NCBI GenBank assembly: GCA_038087875.1
Contig: CM075993.1
Location: 7,814,001-7,878,000, forward strand
DNA: 64,000 bases
Source of the DNA: Malacoraja senta
Taxonomy: Eukaryota
Direction: 5' to 3'
Program-made: the position numbers and the translations under genes
Notes under the pieces: generated by a model
What the model was told of the DNA's origin: nothing
What the model saw: only the letters and a program-made list of their open reading frames with translations
Databases searched by the model: none
Shown: positions 1-13,900 of the stretch, piece by piece
Numbering within the stretch: position 1 is the stretch's first letter
Layout of the letters: each line of letters begins with the position of its first letter

Positions 1-237
1 TTTATAGACAATAGACAATAGGTGCAGGAGTAGGCCATTTGGCCCTTTGAGCCAGCACCGCCATTCAATGTGATCATGGCTGATCATCCCCAATCAGTAC
101 CCCGTTCCTGCCTTCTCCCCATATCCTCTGACTCCGCTATTTTTAAGAGCCCTATCTAGCTCTCTCTTGAAAGCATCCAGAGAACGTGCCTCCACCTCCC
201 TCTGAGGCAGAGAATTCCACAGACTCACCACTCTCTG
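1..237 (-). mobile_element. CR1 (HER1-like) LINE 3' end
   Basis: QRVVSLWNSLPQ..VEA.SLDAFKRELDRALK; tail cctattgtctattgtct. Confidence 0.85.
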
Positions 238-283
238 TATATAAATGGTGATGTTCACCAGCATAGTTTTATTAGGAATGTCA

Positions 284-447
284 AGAAGGAACTGCAGATG
301 CTGGTTTAAACCAAAGATAGACACAAAATTCTGGAGTAACTCAGCGGGACAGGCAGCATCTCTGGAGAGAACGAATGGGTAACGTTATGGGTCTCGACAG
401 CACTGATGCTGCCTGTCCCGCTGAGTTCCTCCGGCATTTTGTGTCTA
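284..447. mobile_element. Fold-back Penelope terminal-repeat mini-insertion
   Basis: Inverted arms; 14-bp TSD tattaggaatgtca (270-283 and 448-461). Confidence 0.8.
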
Positions 448-769
448 TATTAGGAATGTCACTCAGCTTCTGGAGAGCACTGAGGTGTAGCAAGTATGAC
501 TGCAGAGAGCACCCTCATAGCTACGTGTCCCCACACTCAACGGTGATTCCAGTACCAACATAGAAATGGATTATGTGTAGGAAAGAACTGCAGATGCTGG
601 TTTACATCGAAGGTAGACACAAACTGCTGGAGTAACTCATCGGGTCAGGCAACATCTCTGGAGAGAAGGAATGGGTAACGTTTCGGGTCGAGACCCATCT
701 TCAGACTTCTTCAGACCCATTCTCCCGTCTACCGGTCTCCCGTCTCCCGAGTGGTTGATGATTCATGTT

Positions 770-1305
770 GGGTGGGCGGCGCGACTCATGTCGCAGCGGC
801 CTCTGCAGTCCGTCTGTATTTTTAAATTTTTTTTGTCTCGTTTGAGTGTAGTTATAGTGTGTTTTTTTAACTGGGTATGTATGTGGGGGGCGGGGGGTGG
901 GGAAACTTTTAAAATCTTTTCCCTGTATGGAGGACCCGACCTTTCTCTGTCGGGTCTCCGTTGTCGTTGGGGCCTAGCACCGTGGAGAGGCCTCCAACCG
1001 GAACGACCTGGGGCTCCAGTCGCAGAGCCGGCGGACTTACTCACCATCGTGGAGCTGGCCGAGTTTGGAGCGTGGAGAGCTGCGGTGACGCGCGGCTGCG
1101 ACCCGACCCTGGAACTTCGGAGGCTCCAGCCGCAGGTCTGGTGGACGGTAACAGCGGGAGCTCGCGGGTCCCTGGTGGGAGACCGCTTTTCAGGGCTCCT
1201 GCAACGGCAACTTCTCCCGCCCGAGTTGCGGGGTTGAAGATGACCTGGAGCTGGGTCTAACATCGCCCGGCGCGGCTTTAATGGCCGCGGGACTTGCTAG
1301 CGCTA
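770..1305 (+). mobile_element. GC/CpG-rich repeat related in organisation to 28985-29868; 3' part absent
   Basis: Same order of gcct..agtc.gt, T-rich block, tatgtggggg...gggggaaa, then a CpG-rich body. Confidence 0.5.
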
Positions 1306-1348
1306 CCGGGGGAAATGGATTAAACCAGCCACCAATTGTTAGAACTTA

Positions 1349-1445
1349 GACAAAAGTGCTGGAGAAACTCAGCGGGTGCAGCAGCATCTATGGAGCGAAG
1401 GAAATAGGCAAAGCTTCGGGCCGAAACCCTTCTTCAGACTGATGG
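1349..1445 (-). mobile_element. Solo Penelope terminal repeat
   Basis: 11-bp TSD gttagaactta (1338-1348 and 1446-1456). Confidence 0.8.
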
Positions 1446-3632
1446 GTTAGAACTTATCTGTTCCAGTGTTAGACAATACAGCCAATCTGTCACTGAAAAT
1501 TAACTTTCCTCTAGAGTAGACAGATTCTCCACTTTTTCTTTTAATGGAAAATTTAAAAGAAATCTCTTTATTACTTCTGCGGTGTCCTGATTGTGGTACC
1601 TGGGTTGACATTGAATTTAATTCCAATTTGCCACTTCTCCTACGGATTGTGCAGTGCATTAATGATTCTTTAATCTGGTTATTATTATGTTCTTGGATAT
1701 TAAAAGCTGTGAAGATGGAAACGTACTGTTTGAGAGGAGACCTGACAGAAGTTGAGAGACATCTCTTCGGAGCTTTGAATATTCTGCTTAGATGATCTTC
1801 CAAGCACATATAATCCAGCATCTTCGGTATGAGGTTTACAGTGTTTAAAGGCAACAGAGAATGTCGAATTATTCCGGTTGTGGCCGCTAACCTTCCCACT
1901 TCTGACTCCTGGCATAAACGATCCCAGAGTTAGACAAAGTGCTGGAATAACTTAGCAGGTCAGGCAGCATCTCTGTAGAAAAAGGATGGGTGCCATTTTG
2001 GGTCGGGACCCTTCTTTCTGACCCAAACCTTCACCCATCCATTTTCTACAGTGATGCCGCCTGACCCCGCTGAGTTACTCCAGCCCTGTGTGTCTATGTT
2101 CGGTATGTACCAGCACCTGCAGTTCCTTCCTACACATTTCAGACCCCAGCCCTGGTTCTGGCCACAGTCTGGACGCTGGATCTGGCCGCACAACCCACTC
2201 ACGCCCGGGATCACCAGATCACGTTCAAGATCAGTGTGTGAGCCAGACGCTAAAACATCAGGAATGCTGAGCAATTGTCTGCCTGGTTATTGGGCTTTTA
2301 CTATCTGTGTACTTGCATCTGCATGCTTGTTGGCAGAACAGAGTCCGAGTTATCTGATGGAGCGGTTCACTCAGTTCATACATATAAGGAAGTGGATAGT
2401 ACGGATGTAACATCTTTTTTTAAGACCAGAGTCTATCTAAGTTTGGATGGTTTACAGTTTAGTTTTCCGTTTGGGGTATTGAGCAAGTTCCATCTGGAGA
2501 CTGGAATGACAATGGGTGGGGACTGGTTGAATCAGATTGGCCACTGTGTGCTCTCTGGGCTGCATAGACTCTCCTATTTCTCGTGAAATGTGATGTCCAC
2601 GCATGTGGAAAGACTCTGATTTATAATTAGATCAGGAAATTCCAGACAGACGATCGTGTGTTATAACATTGCTGCTGTTATCCCACACCACCAAGGCTGC
2701 CTTATATTACCAACCGCACCCGAGAGGTTGCCCAGGAACCAACTTGATTTGCGGGTCCTGGGAATATGTTTGGCAACTTGAACATTTGCCTCTCTCCCCT
2801 GCCCCTAATCATTATTCCCATTCATGGAAATTTGAGGAAGGCAATGCTTAATTGAACATGATTAATAGGGAAATAGCTTTTTACCATTTCCTCCGGTTTG
2901 TGTACCAGCACAGCTGAAGAAAGAGCCAGATGATGTCAGAGCCATTAACCCTGTCATTACCCCTTTGTTTGTCTGAATGTTTCAATGGGTCTTTCTCATG
3001 TGTACCAGCTACAGCATATTTTTATTTTCCGTACAGAACAGTAACATTCATTACCCTACATAAGTACAATCCCCAATTAAGTACAGAATGCATAGAAGCA
3101 GCCCCCTGAGTCTAAATGCAAGTGGCCAGGTTTTGTAGCTGATGTAGTCCCAGCTGTAGCTGGCCATGTTGGTCTATTGGAGCAGTCACCCCCATCCACT
3201 CGTCCCACGAACCGTTTTATCCCCCCCCTCGCCTGGCCATCTTCAACTTTCTGGATGCAAATGAGATCACCTTTTATTCTTCCATCTCTTGAGTACAGAT
3301 GTTTTTTATTTCCAAAAATAAAGTTTATTCAGAATAAAAAATATATACAAAACAAGAAGTGCTCAAACAGGTTTCCAGCATTCTCAGCATCGCCACGTTC
3401 GTTAGTGTCATAATTGATAGTGTTGGTAAACTCTCCCTAAACCAAGTACCCTTGCCCCTCATGTGTCCCCACTGGGGTGATATCCCTTCCCTTGTTTGTG
3501 GAGTTTCCCCAACGGACTCTGCCCCTCAATGTCCTGCAGCACGAGGGCTCGAGTCAATCTCGGGATATATCCTTGCCCTAGGATCATTGATGCCCTGTAG
3601 CTCTGACTCCTGAAGGGGGGGCGGGGGGAATT

Positions 3633-3943
3633 GCACAGTCCTGCAGTGGTAGAGTTGCTGCCCTACAGCGCCAGAGACCAAGGTTCGATGCTGACTACGG
3701 GTGCTGTCTGTGCAGAGTTTGCACGTTCTCACTGTGACCGTGCGGGTTTTCTCTGGGTGCTCCGGTTTCCTCCCACATTACAAAGGCGTGCAGGTTTGTA
3801 TGTTAATTTGCTTCTGTAAATTGCCCCTAGTGTGTAGGATGCAAAACTGGGATATCATAGAACTAGCATACAGGTGATCGGAATGGACATGATGGGCCAA
3901 AGGGCCTTTCCCCCCGCATTGTATCTCTAAACTAAACTAAACT
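3633..3943 (+). mobile_element. tRNA-derived SINE (HE1/V-SINE-like)
   Basis: A/B-box-like head (gcagtggtagag, ggttcgatgc), conserved core ggtttcctcccaca, CR1-like tail and (taaac)n. Confidence 0.85.
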
Positions 3944-6201
3944 CTTTTCATCCGGAGCCGTAAGAAATGTCTTCAGTATTTACTGGGCCTTCCTCAACTC
4001 CCCCAATTGTGACATACTCAAAACAAATCTTGCATTTGCTCTTTTCCCTTTGAAAAACTTTGCTGACTGTCTAATTGTTATAAAAAGTTTGTTGTTGGGT
4101 CCTCAATGATGGATTTCAACATTTAGATGACAAACAAAACTCTTAATAACTCTCCAAGTTCTTGCTCTTTCTTTTTTGTTAATTGCTTGTTTCCGAAAAT
4201 CTGAAGTCTAAAGGTGATGAATCCTAAAATTTAAAACTCGTTTAAATAGAGTGTTAGTTATATAGCACATAAATAGGCCCCTTGGCGTACTTTGTGCTTG
4301 CTTACCCAGTTGGCCTATTGGGCTAGTGCCATTTGCCTGCATTTGGCCTATGGTAGCTTACTAAAGCTTTCCTATCCATATATCTGTCCAAATGCCTTTT
4401 AAAAGTCGTATATGTATCTGCTTCTATAGCTTATTCCAGATACAGATGACCCTCGGAGTGAAAAGGTTGCCCCTGAGGTCCCTCATAAATTTCTCACCTT
4501 TCACCTATGTCCTTTAGTTTTAGAATCCTCTACCCTTGGGGATAAAAATATTGTGTGTTTTCACTTTATCCATGCCCCTCATGATCTTATTCACCTGAAT
4601 AATGTCACCCCCCTCACCTTTTAAGCCTTCTAACCAACAAAAGTGTCCCAGCCTATTCAGCCTCTCCCTAACTCAAGCCAGCAAGCCCACATAACATTGC
4701 TGGATTTTGTGTAGGACAAGACTGAACAAAATGAATTTGGCTTAATACTAATTTTTAAATTATGGCTTGTAATCTCTAAGGTCTAGCCAATATTTATCCT
4801 CCAATGTACAACACTAAAACAGATTGTCCAGTCATTATTGCAAATTGCTGTTTGTGGAACCTTTCCATATGAAAATCTGCTCTTTTTCCAACACAATAAT
4901 GTGATTTCACTTCAGAAGCGATCATTGCTGCATGATACTCTGGCCGTAAGCTCCATTGGATTAGATATTGCATGCAAATCATTTCCAAAGAACACCAAAA
5001 GAGATGACTGAGCAAGGCAATAATGGGCGACACAAGAGATCACAGATGCTGGTATCTTGCGCAAAAACCCCCAAAACTGCTGGATGAACAGTGGGACAGG
5101 CAACATCCGTGGAGGGAAATTCAATGATATTTGGGGTAGGGACCCTTCTTCAGGCTGGGTGATTTTTTTTGTACACATTAATGGTCACACCATGTTTTAT
5201 GAAGGAACTGCAGATGCTGGGTGAAACCAAAGATAGGCACACAATGCTGGAGTAACAGCATCTCTGCAGAGAAGGAATGGGTGACGTTTCGGGTCAATAC
5301 CCTTTTTCAGACTGGTTCTTCAGAATGGTTGCACCACAATGGGATGAAGGTAACAATCTGGTGAAGATGGCAGTGCATTCAGTTATACATTGAAGGCTGC
5401 TACTGGTTTGGTTTCTTTATACTCTACTTATTTTACTCTCATGTATTCCTTAATATCAAGAAACTGAAGGGAGACAAATGGCTGATAAGACTCACTGAAG
5501 ATGTTTGAAACAGTGACAAAGCACAATTGACCCTGGCGGAAATAGGTTGAAGGTGCTCGTTTGAGGAAAAAGCCTTTCACCTTTCACCTATGTCCTTTCT
5601 TTGAGCAAGAAGGAAATGTGTTATAACTAGGTGGAAAGGATGGATAGATAAGCCTAACATTAGAGTGGCAACGTGTAGAAGACACAAAGCGCTGGAGTAA
5701 CTCAGCGGGTCAGGCAGCATCTCTGGAGATCATGGATAGGTGATGTGTCAAGTTGACTTCCCTTTTCAGACTCCATTCACCCATTCATGTTTTCCATAGA
5801 TGCTGCCTGACCTGCTGAGTGCTGTCTTTTGCAGTGATATCTATGCGCTGCTTCAAATAAGAATTTCATTGTTCAGTTTCAGGACATATGACAATGGAAC
5901 ACTCTTGACTCTCTTGTCTATTAGCCACAAGGAGAGGTTGGAGAAACTTGAATTGTTTTTGCTAAAATGCTAGGAGTTGAGGGGACACCTGATAAAAGGA
6001 TATAACATTTGCGAGAGGCATTAGGTAGGTTAGACGGTCAGAACTTTATTCCAAGGGTGGAAATGTTAAAGACTAGAGGGCACAGCTTTAAGATGATAGG
6101 GGCAAAGTTTTAAAAAAAATGAGTGGGGCAAGTTATTTTACAGAGGGTGGCGAGTGCCAGGAGCGCTCTGTCAGGGGTGGTGGTAGAGGCAGATATGGTA
6201 C

Positions 6202-6415
6202 TCACAAAATGCTGGAGTAACTCAGTGGAACAGGCAGCATATCTGGAGAGAAGCAATGGGTGATGTTTCGGGTCGGGACCCTTCAGTCTGAAGAAGGGTC
6301 TCCACCCGAAACATCACCAATTCTTTCTCTCCAGAGATGCTGCCTGTCCCGTTGAGTTAATCCAGCATTTTGTGTCTATCCGGTTTAAACCAGCATCTGC
6401 AGTTCCTTCCCGCAC
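6202..6415. mobile_element. Fold-back Penelope terminal-repeat insertion within an old CR1 tail (about 5925-6530)
   Basis: About 80-bp inverted arms around cttcagtctgaag. Confidence 0.8.
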
Positions 6416-7151
6416 AGGATATGATAATGGTGTTTCAAAGGCTTTTAGATAGACACATGAATATGCGTTATGTGTGGGCAGAGATTAGTTTAATCTGGCA
6501 TCGTAGGGCCTGTTCCCGAGCTGTACTTTCTGCGATGACTAGGAATCGAGGTGGCCTTGATGACTGTACCCAAGATGGTTGAAAGCATTTGGAATGGAGT
6601 CGGTCGAAGCTCTGGTTACAATTTCTATACCTTAGCAGAGGCCCCACAGACAGGAGAGCAGGCATCGTATAAACAAAATCCCTGCTCGGTAAAGAGAGTG
6701 TGATTAGCCTTCATCTGCAGACTTGTTTTTCTTGTTTGAAAGCTGTGGGCACCCTCACAGGAACCATCGCTTTGTGATCCAATTTAATAAGTATTTAGAA
6801 ATCCGATGGTTAATTACAGTCAGAAGTATGGAATAGGACTAAGCTAATTTTGATTATTCTTAAATTTCAATTCTTGTAATCACCATGTTTTTTATTGCTA
6901 TGGTTCACCAGAACATAGAATGTTTCTTAGCAAAGCTGGTAATAAAATACCGCAGTTAAAGCAAATGCACTGAAGCATATTACACATGCCTGCATGTGGT
7001 AATGCACTCAGGGAAATTATAGTTTCAACTGAAGACAATGCTTGTGGTTGTGTGGAATTGTAGTCAGACATGGTCAGATTTAGCATTGAGCATTATTTGT
7101 GAGCACGTTGGCTAGTGGCTTCCAGCAGATACAGTTTTCATTCAACATGGA

Positions 7152-7365
7152 TGTGCAGGAAGGAACTGCTGATGTTGGTTTAAACCGAAGATCGACACAA
7201 AATGCTGGAGTAACTCAGCGGGACAGGCAGCATCTCTGGTGAGAAGGAATGGGTGACGTTTCAGGACGAGTCTGAAGAAGGGTCTCGACCCGAAAGGTCA
7301 CCCATTCCTTCTCTCCACAGATGCTTCCGGCCCCACTGAGTTACTCCAGTATTTTGTGTCTTATC
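7152..7365. mobile_element. Fold-back Penelope terminal-repeat insertion
   Basis: 15-bp TSD ttcattcaac[a/g]tgga (7137-7151 and 7366-7380). Confidence 0.8.
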
Positions 7366-7636
7366 TTCATTCAACGTGGAAATCCCTACGTTGCTTTTCT
7401 GCGGTGCTGGCTTATTTTTAAGCACCAACTAAACTGAAAATGCCTGTCAAGCTGCACTATTAAATAAATTAAATGGCATGAAGTTCCTGTGGTCATCGTG
7501 GATGTGCACTAATATCACAAATTGGTAGGGCTTATCTATTGCAATTTTGCAATTATTAAATCATAATTATAACCAGCTATCCGTTTCATACTTAAGATTG
7601 ATCTTGACAGATGTCAAGTCTAATTTCCATATCTCT

Positions 7637-8005
7637 TAGAGTCATAGAATCATAGTGTAGAAACAGGCCCTTCGGCCCAACGTGTCCACACCGACCAACA
7701 TGTCCCATCTACATTAGTCCTACTTGCCTGACTTTGGTCCATATCCCTCCAAACCTATCCTATCCATGTACCTGTCTTATTGCTTCTTAAACGTTGCGAT
7801 AAACTTCTTGAACTGCCTCAACTACCTCCTCCGGCAGCTTGTTCCATACACCCCCAACCCCGTTGTGTGAAAAGGTTACCCCTCAGATTCCCATTAAATC
7901 TTTCCCCTTCACCTTCAACCTATGCCCTCTGCTTCTCGAATCCCATACTCTGGGCACCTCTGTAAGAGCACCCCGCATCCTCCTGCACTCCAGGGAATAG
8001 AGTCC
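7637..8005 (-). mobile_element. CR1 LINE 3' end (second subfamily; similar copies at about 4250-4690 and 37715-38120)
   Basis: agagtcata tail and ggcccttcggccc hairpin shared with the SINE tails. Confidence 0.75.
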
Positions 8006-8529
8006 CTTGTAAATCTTCTCTGTTGAGAATTTTTCTAAAACTGTTAAAAAAAAAATTGTCCTTATCCCATCTTTAAGTTCCTATCCCAATTTACATTGAA
8101 TTCTGTCGAACATAAATTTCCTTGTTCAGCCGTTGCGATGCTTGTAATGATTCATTAAATTAGACACACCAATCTTGCAGCTCAGGTTCTGTGAGGTTAT
8201 CCTATTTTGGGTACTTGTATGAAGGTAAACTGCTGTGCAAAGTTGCATGACTAATTATATAAACTTAAGCCCCTATTGTGTAGATAGATATGTTGGTCCA
8301 TTGGGTGGTAGTGAATGTGGAAATGTAATTGGTATCTAGAAATACTAAATATCTGAAGTCCTGACTTTGTGATGGAGGGTGAGTCATTGACGAAGCAGTT
8401 AATGGTTGGAGCTAGAACACTTTCCCAAGGAAGTTCTGTTGTCTGGGCTGTTTTGTCATTCAATGTGCACTGTCCTTCTGAACCTTCTGAATTTTGTAGT
8501 CGGCAGGGCAGTACCTTGCATATTGCCAA

Positions 8530-8740
8530 CTTGGACAATTTTTACATTTAACCTACAAAGCCAATTAACCTACAAACCTTTGGAGTGTGGGAGGAAACTG
8601 AAGATCTCGGAGAAAACCCACGCAGATCACGGGGAGAACGTACAAAATCCATACAGACAGCACCCGTGGTCGGGATCGAACCCGGGTCTCTGGCGCTGCA
8701 TTTTGCTGTAAGGCAGCAACTCTACCGCTGCGCACCGTGC
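8530..8740 (-). mobile_element. tRNA SINE (HE1-like), partial
   Basis: Reverse complement of the same family. Confidence 0.8.
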
Positions 8741-9012
8741 TCTATCAGTGGAAGAAGGTGGGTGGGTGTACAGCTGTAATTGTTGCCTGGACGTTTTGTA
8801 TGTTCTTTGCTGGATGGAATCAGAATTGTCACAGAGGTGTCTTTTTGGCATTGCTGACCTAGGTACCTATCTACGCTAATCCCATTTCCCTGCATTAGGC
8901 CCATATACCTCTACCCTTTGACAATGAAAGTCCCCATCCAAATGCTTTTCAAATGCTGCAATTGTATTTGCCTCTACCATTACTGCGGGCAGCTCATTCC
9001 ATATACTCTCCA

Positions 9013-9757
9013 GGCCAAGGTGGGAAAAGGGGAAGTACAACGAGATCTGGGGGTCTTTGTTCATCTGTCACTGAAAGTAAGCATGCAGGTACAGCAGGCA
9101 GTGAAGAAAGCGAATGGCATGTTGGCCTTCATAACAAGAGGAGTTGAGTATAGGAGCAAAGAGGTTCTTTTGAAGTTGTACAGGGCCCTAGTGAGACCAC
9201 ACTTGGAGTATTGTGTGCAGTTTTGGTCTCCAAATTTGAGGAACGACATTCTTGCTATTGAGGGTGTGCAGCGTAGGTTCACGAGGTTAATTCCCAGGAT
9301 GGCGGGACTGTCATGTTGATAGATTGGAGCGGCTGGGCTTGTATACTCTGGAATTTAGAAGGATGAGAGGGTATCTTATTGAAACATATAAGATTATTAA
9401 GGGATTGGCCACGCTAGAGGCAGGATACATGTTCCTAATGTTGGTGGAGTCCAGAACCAGGGGCCACAGTTTAAGATTAAGGGGTAGGCCATTTAGAACG
9501 TAGATAAGGAAAAACTTTTTCACCCAGAGAGTTGTGAATCTGTGTAATTCTCTGCCTCAGAAGGCAGTGGAGGCCAATTTTCTGGATGCTTTCAAGAGAG
9601 ATAGAGCTCTTAAAGATAGAGCTCTTAGATAGAGCTCTTAAAGATAGCGGAGTCAGGGGATATGGCGAGAAGGCAGGAACGGGGTACTGATTGTGGATGA
9701 TCACATTAAATGGCTCGAGAGGCCGAAATGCCTACTTCTGCACCTATTGCCTATTGT
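9013..9757 (+). mobile_element. CR1 LINE 3' fragment (RT C-terminus), nested in an older minus-strand CR1 (about 8855-10400)
   Basis: RDLGVFV..SLK.SMQVQQAVKKANGMLAFI.RG.EYRSKEV...LYRALVRPHLEYCVQFWSP; contains stops and a triplicated gatagagctctta. Confidence 0.9.
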
Positions 9758-10847
9758 CCCCTCCTCTCACTTTAAACTGATGTCCTCCAGTTCTAGACTC
9801 CACTGTCCAAGGATAAAGACTCTATTACATATCCTAATTTTATATTATAATTCTATGAACATCTATAATGTCAGCCCACAGCCTCCTATGTTCCAGTGAG
9901 AATAAACCAAGCCTCTTCAATCTCTCCTAACTACAGGCCTCCACTCCAGCTCACATCGCGGGGGATCTCTATGCACGGCCCATTGCTACCACATCCTTTC
10001 TGCAGCGTGAGAAGTCGAACAGTAAATAATACTTCAAGTGCGGTCTAACCAACGTTTTTTACAACTGAAACATGAGGTTTTGTGCTCAACACCTCAGCCT
10101 TTGAAGGCAAGCATTCCGAATAGCCTCTTCAATACCCAATCCACCTGTGTCGCCACTTTCAGGGAGTTATTGACTTGCATTGCAAGGTCTCTCAACATCA
10201 ATGCTCCTGAGGTCCATATAATTCACTCTCTTATTAAAATGTGACTTTCCAAAGTACATTACCTTTCACTTGCCTTGATTAAATCCCATTTGTCATTACT
10301 CTGTCCATCTTCCTGGTTGCACTATGTCCTACTGTGTCCTTGGACATACCTCTTCACTGTCAGTGGCTCCACTCATTTTTGTGTCATCTGAAAGCTGACT
10401 GAATAGACCTGTGAATTTAGCTGGAGTGGAGGCCTGTGCTAGGATAGATTGAATAGGCTTGGTTAATTCTCACTGGAACATAGGAGGCTGCGGGCTGACA
10501 CTACAGATATTTATAGAATTATAATTCTAAATATGTAGGAAGTAACTGCAGATGCTGGTCTAAACCAAAGATTTAAAGTCTGAAGAGGGGTCTCGACCCA
10601 ATATGTCACCTATTCCTTTTCTCTAGAGATGCTGCCTGACCCGCTGAGTTACTCCAGCTGAGTTACTCTATCTTCAGATACATTCTAATCCAGGCCATTT
10701 TCTATGTGTTGCAAGCAACAATGCATCAATTCCCACGGTACACCTTTCGTTACAAAAAAAAACACCCTTCTGCTGCATCCTGCTTCCTGTCACCAAGCCA
10801 ATTATGTGTAGACATGAGGTGAGTTGTGATGTGCTTTGAATCACTTA

Positions 10848-11115
10848 TGGGCCTGTCCCACTTAAGCGACCTTTTCGGCGACTGCTGGCACCCATCATAG
10901 GTCGTCGAAAATTTTCAACATGTTGAAAATTCCGCGGCGACCAGAAAGACGCTACGACTCTTTGGGTGACTAGGTGACCTCTCACGACCATACAGGCAAC
11001 CACCTGGCGATATGCCCCCTGGTGACATGTCACCAGGTGGTCGCTTGTATAGTCGTGAGAGGTCGCCTGTATGGTCGTGAGAGGTCCCCTAGGTCGCCGC
11101 AGTGGGACAGGCCCT
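10848..11115. mobile_element. PIF/Harbinger-type MITE
   Basis: TIR gggcctgtcccact / agtgggacaggccc; TTA on both sides; internal ggtcg-rich repeats. Confidence 0.8.
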
Positions 11116-12104
11116 TTAAGTGTAGCAGTGGCTAAGGGAATGTTCATTGTAAGGGTATCGATTTACCAGGCAATTTTGAGCCGATGTTGTTCTGTTTTGT
11201 GACTGCGGAATAAGATTTGTCACAAACAAGTTCTACAAGCGTTGCTAGTGTTGAAATGCTCCACAGCTATACATAGAGTTGATGTCGAGGGCTTTCTCTT
11301 CAGGCCAGAAAGCGTAATTAAGCACATGGGTCTGTGGTTGATTCAGTTGTCTGATCAGGAAATGAAGCAAATGTCTATCAGAGCCTGCAGTCATTCAGAA
11401 TTCAGTGAATCAGAATGGACGGTGTAAATGTAGAAGTGAAGTGCACAATATTTCATGTTTGTTTTACGTTGGTTAAGTGCTCTCTGTTTGTGCATGCTTA
11501 ATAACTACTTTAAGCTTGACAGATCAGGGCAGTTCACCTGTTATTATCCTGCCAACATTCATCCCTGAAGCTCGAGCAGTAACACAGATTTTCTGAGTTG
11601 TTTCTTTTGGAGGCTTGCTATATCCAGTGCTATTAAAAAGTTATCATTTTATCTTTGTGGTTTTTTTCTACATGTATACATTTTCTTTTAAAGATTTAAC
11701 TATATTTACGTAGAGGTCTATATTCAATATGTATTGTGACACTGGTCTCATATTAGGTTATACCTGTTATTAATGTAATCCTGATCCCTATGTATCGATA
11801 TCATTGTTATGTTTATCATTATTCTTTTTGCTCTGTTTTTTATGTTTTGTTTTTGTTTTTTGGAAAAAAAAACAATAAAAAAGATTTTAAAAGAAAGAAA
11901 GAAAAAGTTATGATATCTAAGAACCCCCTCCCCCTCTTTGATATGGTACTTGAAGATTTGACCATAGTACGTCAGTTCTGGCTGCTGTATTTTCAGACCA
12001 CGTGTGCATCATTTTCGCCTTTACTAATTCACTGAGCATGGATTCATCGAACTTTGAGGGGACACATGTTTACAGAGGAGAGGTGACTGGTTCCTTAATG
12101 TGAA

Positions 12105-12396
12105 CGGGATGGTGGCGCAGCGGTAGAGTTGCTGCCTTAGAGACCCGGGGTTGATCCTGCCTACGGGTGCTGTCTGCGTGGCGTTTGTACGTTCTGCATG
12201 TGTTTTCTCCAAGATCTTCGATTGGCTCCCACACTCCAAAGATGTGCAGGTTTGTAGGTTAAATTGCTTGGTATAAATGTAAATTGTCCCTAGTGTGTGT
12301 GTGTAGATAGCGTTAATATGCGAGGATCGCTGGACGGCACGGACTCGGTGGGCTGATGGGCCTGTTTCCGTGCTGTATCTCTAAACTAAACTAAAA
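12105..12396 (+). mobile_element. tRNA SINE (HE1-like)
   Basis: tggcgcagcggtagag head, (taaac)n tail. Confidence 0.85.
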
Positions 12397-13608
12397 CTTC
12401 TATCCTTTGTTAGGACATTTTTACGAGGTTCTCTGGATGCTTTCAAGAGAGAGCTAGATACGGCTTTTAAAGATAGCGGAGTCGGGATATGGGGAGAAGG
12501 CAGGAACGGGGTACTGATTGGGGATGATCAGCCATGATCACACTGAATGGTGGTGCTGGCTTGAAGGGCCGAATGGCCTACTCCTGCACCTATTGTCTAT
12601 TGATACAATACGATAGAACTTTAGGAGGGAAATTGATCTGCCAACAGTCATAAAAAACCAAAGGAAACATGAAACATGAAATTAAAGTGACAAGTGGAAA
12701 GGATTGGGGATGTGCAAAGATTTGGAGGGGGGGGGAGGGGACATTAGTCTGATGGTTGCATTAATGTGCACCCCTGTAATGAAAGGAGTTGCATTAATAT
12801 GCACTGCTGTACTGTTGAGTCATTGTATAATTGACCCCCTTCCCTAGAAGGTTTGATTTTTCTCTTTTGAGATCATTCTTCATCTTGTGGGATTAACACT
12901 GGTTTTACTGTCAAGCTGCTGAATCTACTAGGTCATGCATCCTTGAGGATGCTGTCACGAACCCTCTTGGAGCTTTCGGTGATCCTTGTAACTTGAAGAT
13001 ATATTGAAGTTGTCCATTGTTTTCATGACCTTTGGCTTCAAGTGACATTGCAAAATTAGATCAATTCTCTCGTGAAGCAAGGAATTAATGATAATATCCC
13101 CAGGGACCAGTTTGATAGCCAAGTTAGCAGGGCAAGAAGTTAGGTTTTTATTTTTTCCCCGTGATCTGGTCTAATATATTAAACTAAAAGCCAACTTCGT
13201 AAAAAATATTAACTGGAATGATCCTACAAATGGTACTTCAGGGACTCCTGAAATCTTGTTCTGATATCCATATGCAATGCATGAGGAATGTTGCTGCATC
13301 TAATGGGCCATTAAATTAAAATTTCCCTTTTCCCTCTTGGGTAAAATATTTCATTGACACCATTAGGAGAAGCAAGGGAGTCCCAACACTCTGACCAATA
13401 AAGCTCGACAGCATAAAACTAATATCTTGATCATTATCAATGTGCTGCTTTAGGGACTTGCTTCTACACTGTTTGGTCATTGTATTTCTTGTATTTTAGC
13501 AGCAATTGCACTTTATTTCATTGACTGTAAAGCTCTTTACAGCATTCTGAGGTTGTGATGCAAGTCTGAGCAATAACATATGTTTCTGGGGTAGTTCCAA
13601 TAAATATT

Positions 13609-13900
13609 GTGCGGTGCAGTGGTAGAGCTGCTACTTCACAGCTCCAGAGACCAGGTTCGATCCTGACTGTGGATGCTATCTGTGTGGAGTTTGTACATTC
13701 TCCCTGTAATTGCGTGGGTTTCCTCCAGGTGCTCTGGTTTCCTCCCACATTCCAAAGACGTGCGGGTTTGTAGGTTAATTGGCCTCTGTAAATTGCCCCC
13801 TAGTGTGTAGAGTGGATGAGCAAGTGGGATAACATAGAACTACTGTGCGGGGTGATCGAAGGTCAGCATGGACTCGGTGGGCCGAAGGGCCTGTTTCCAC
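13609..13900 (+). mobile_element. tRNA SINE (HE1-like)
   Basis: B-box ggttcgatcc and core motif. Confidence 0.85.

Noticed and set aside
671..1263. Overlapping 188, 166 and 99 aa ORFs
   Set aside because: GC-rich repeat with few stops in several frames; no recognisable domain.
1447..1915. 150-aa and neighbouring ORFs in unique sequence
   Set aside because: No recognisable family, non-ATG starts for some, and no convincing splice pattern.
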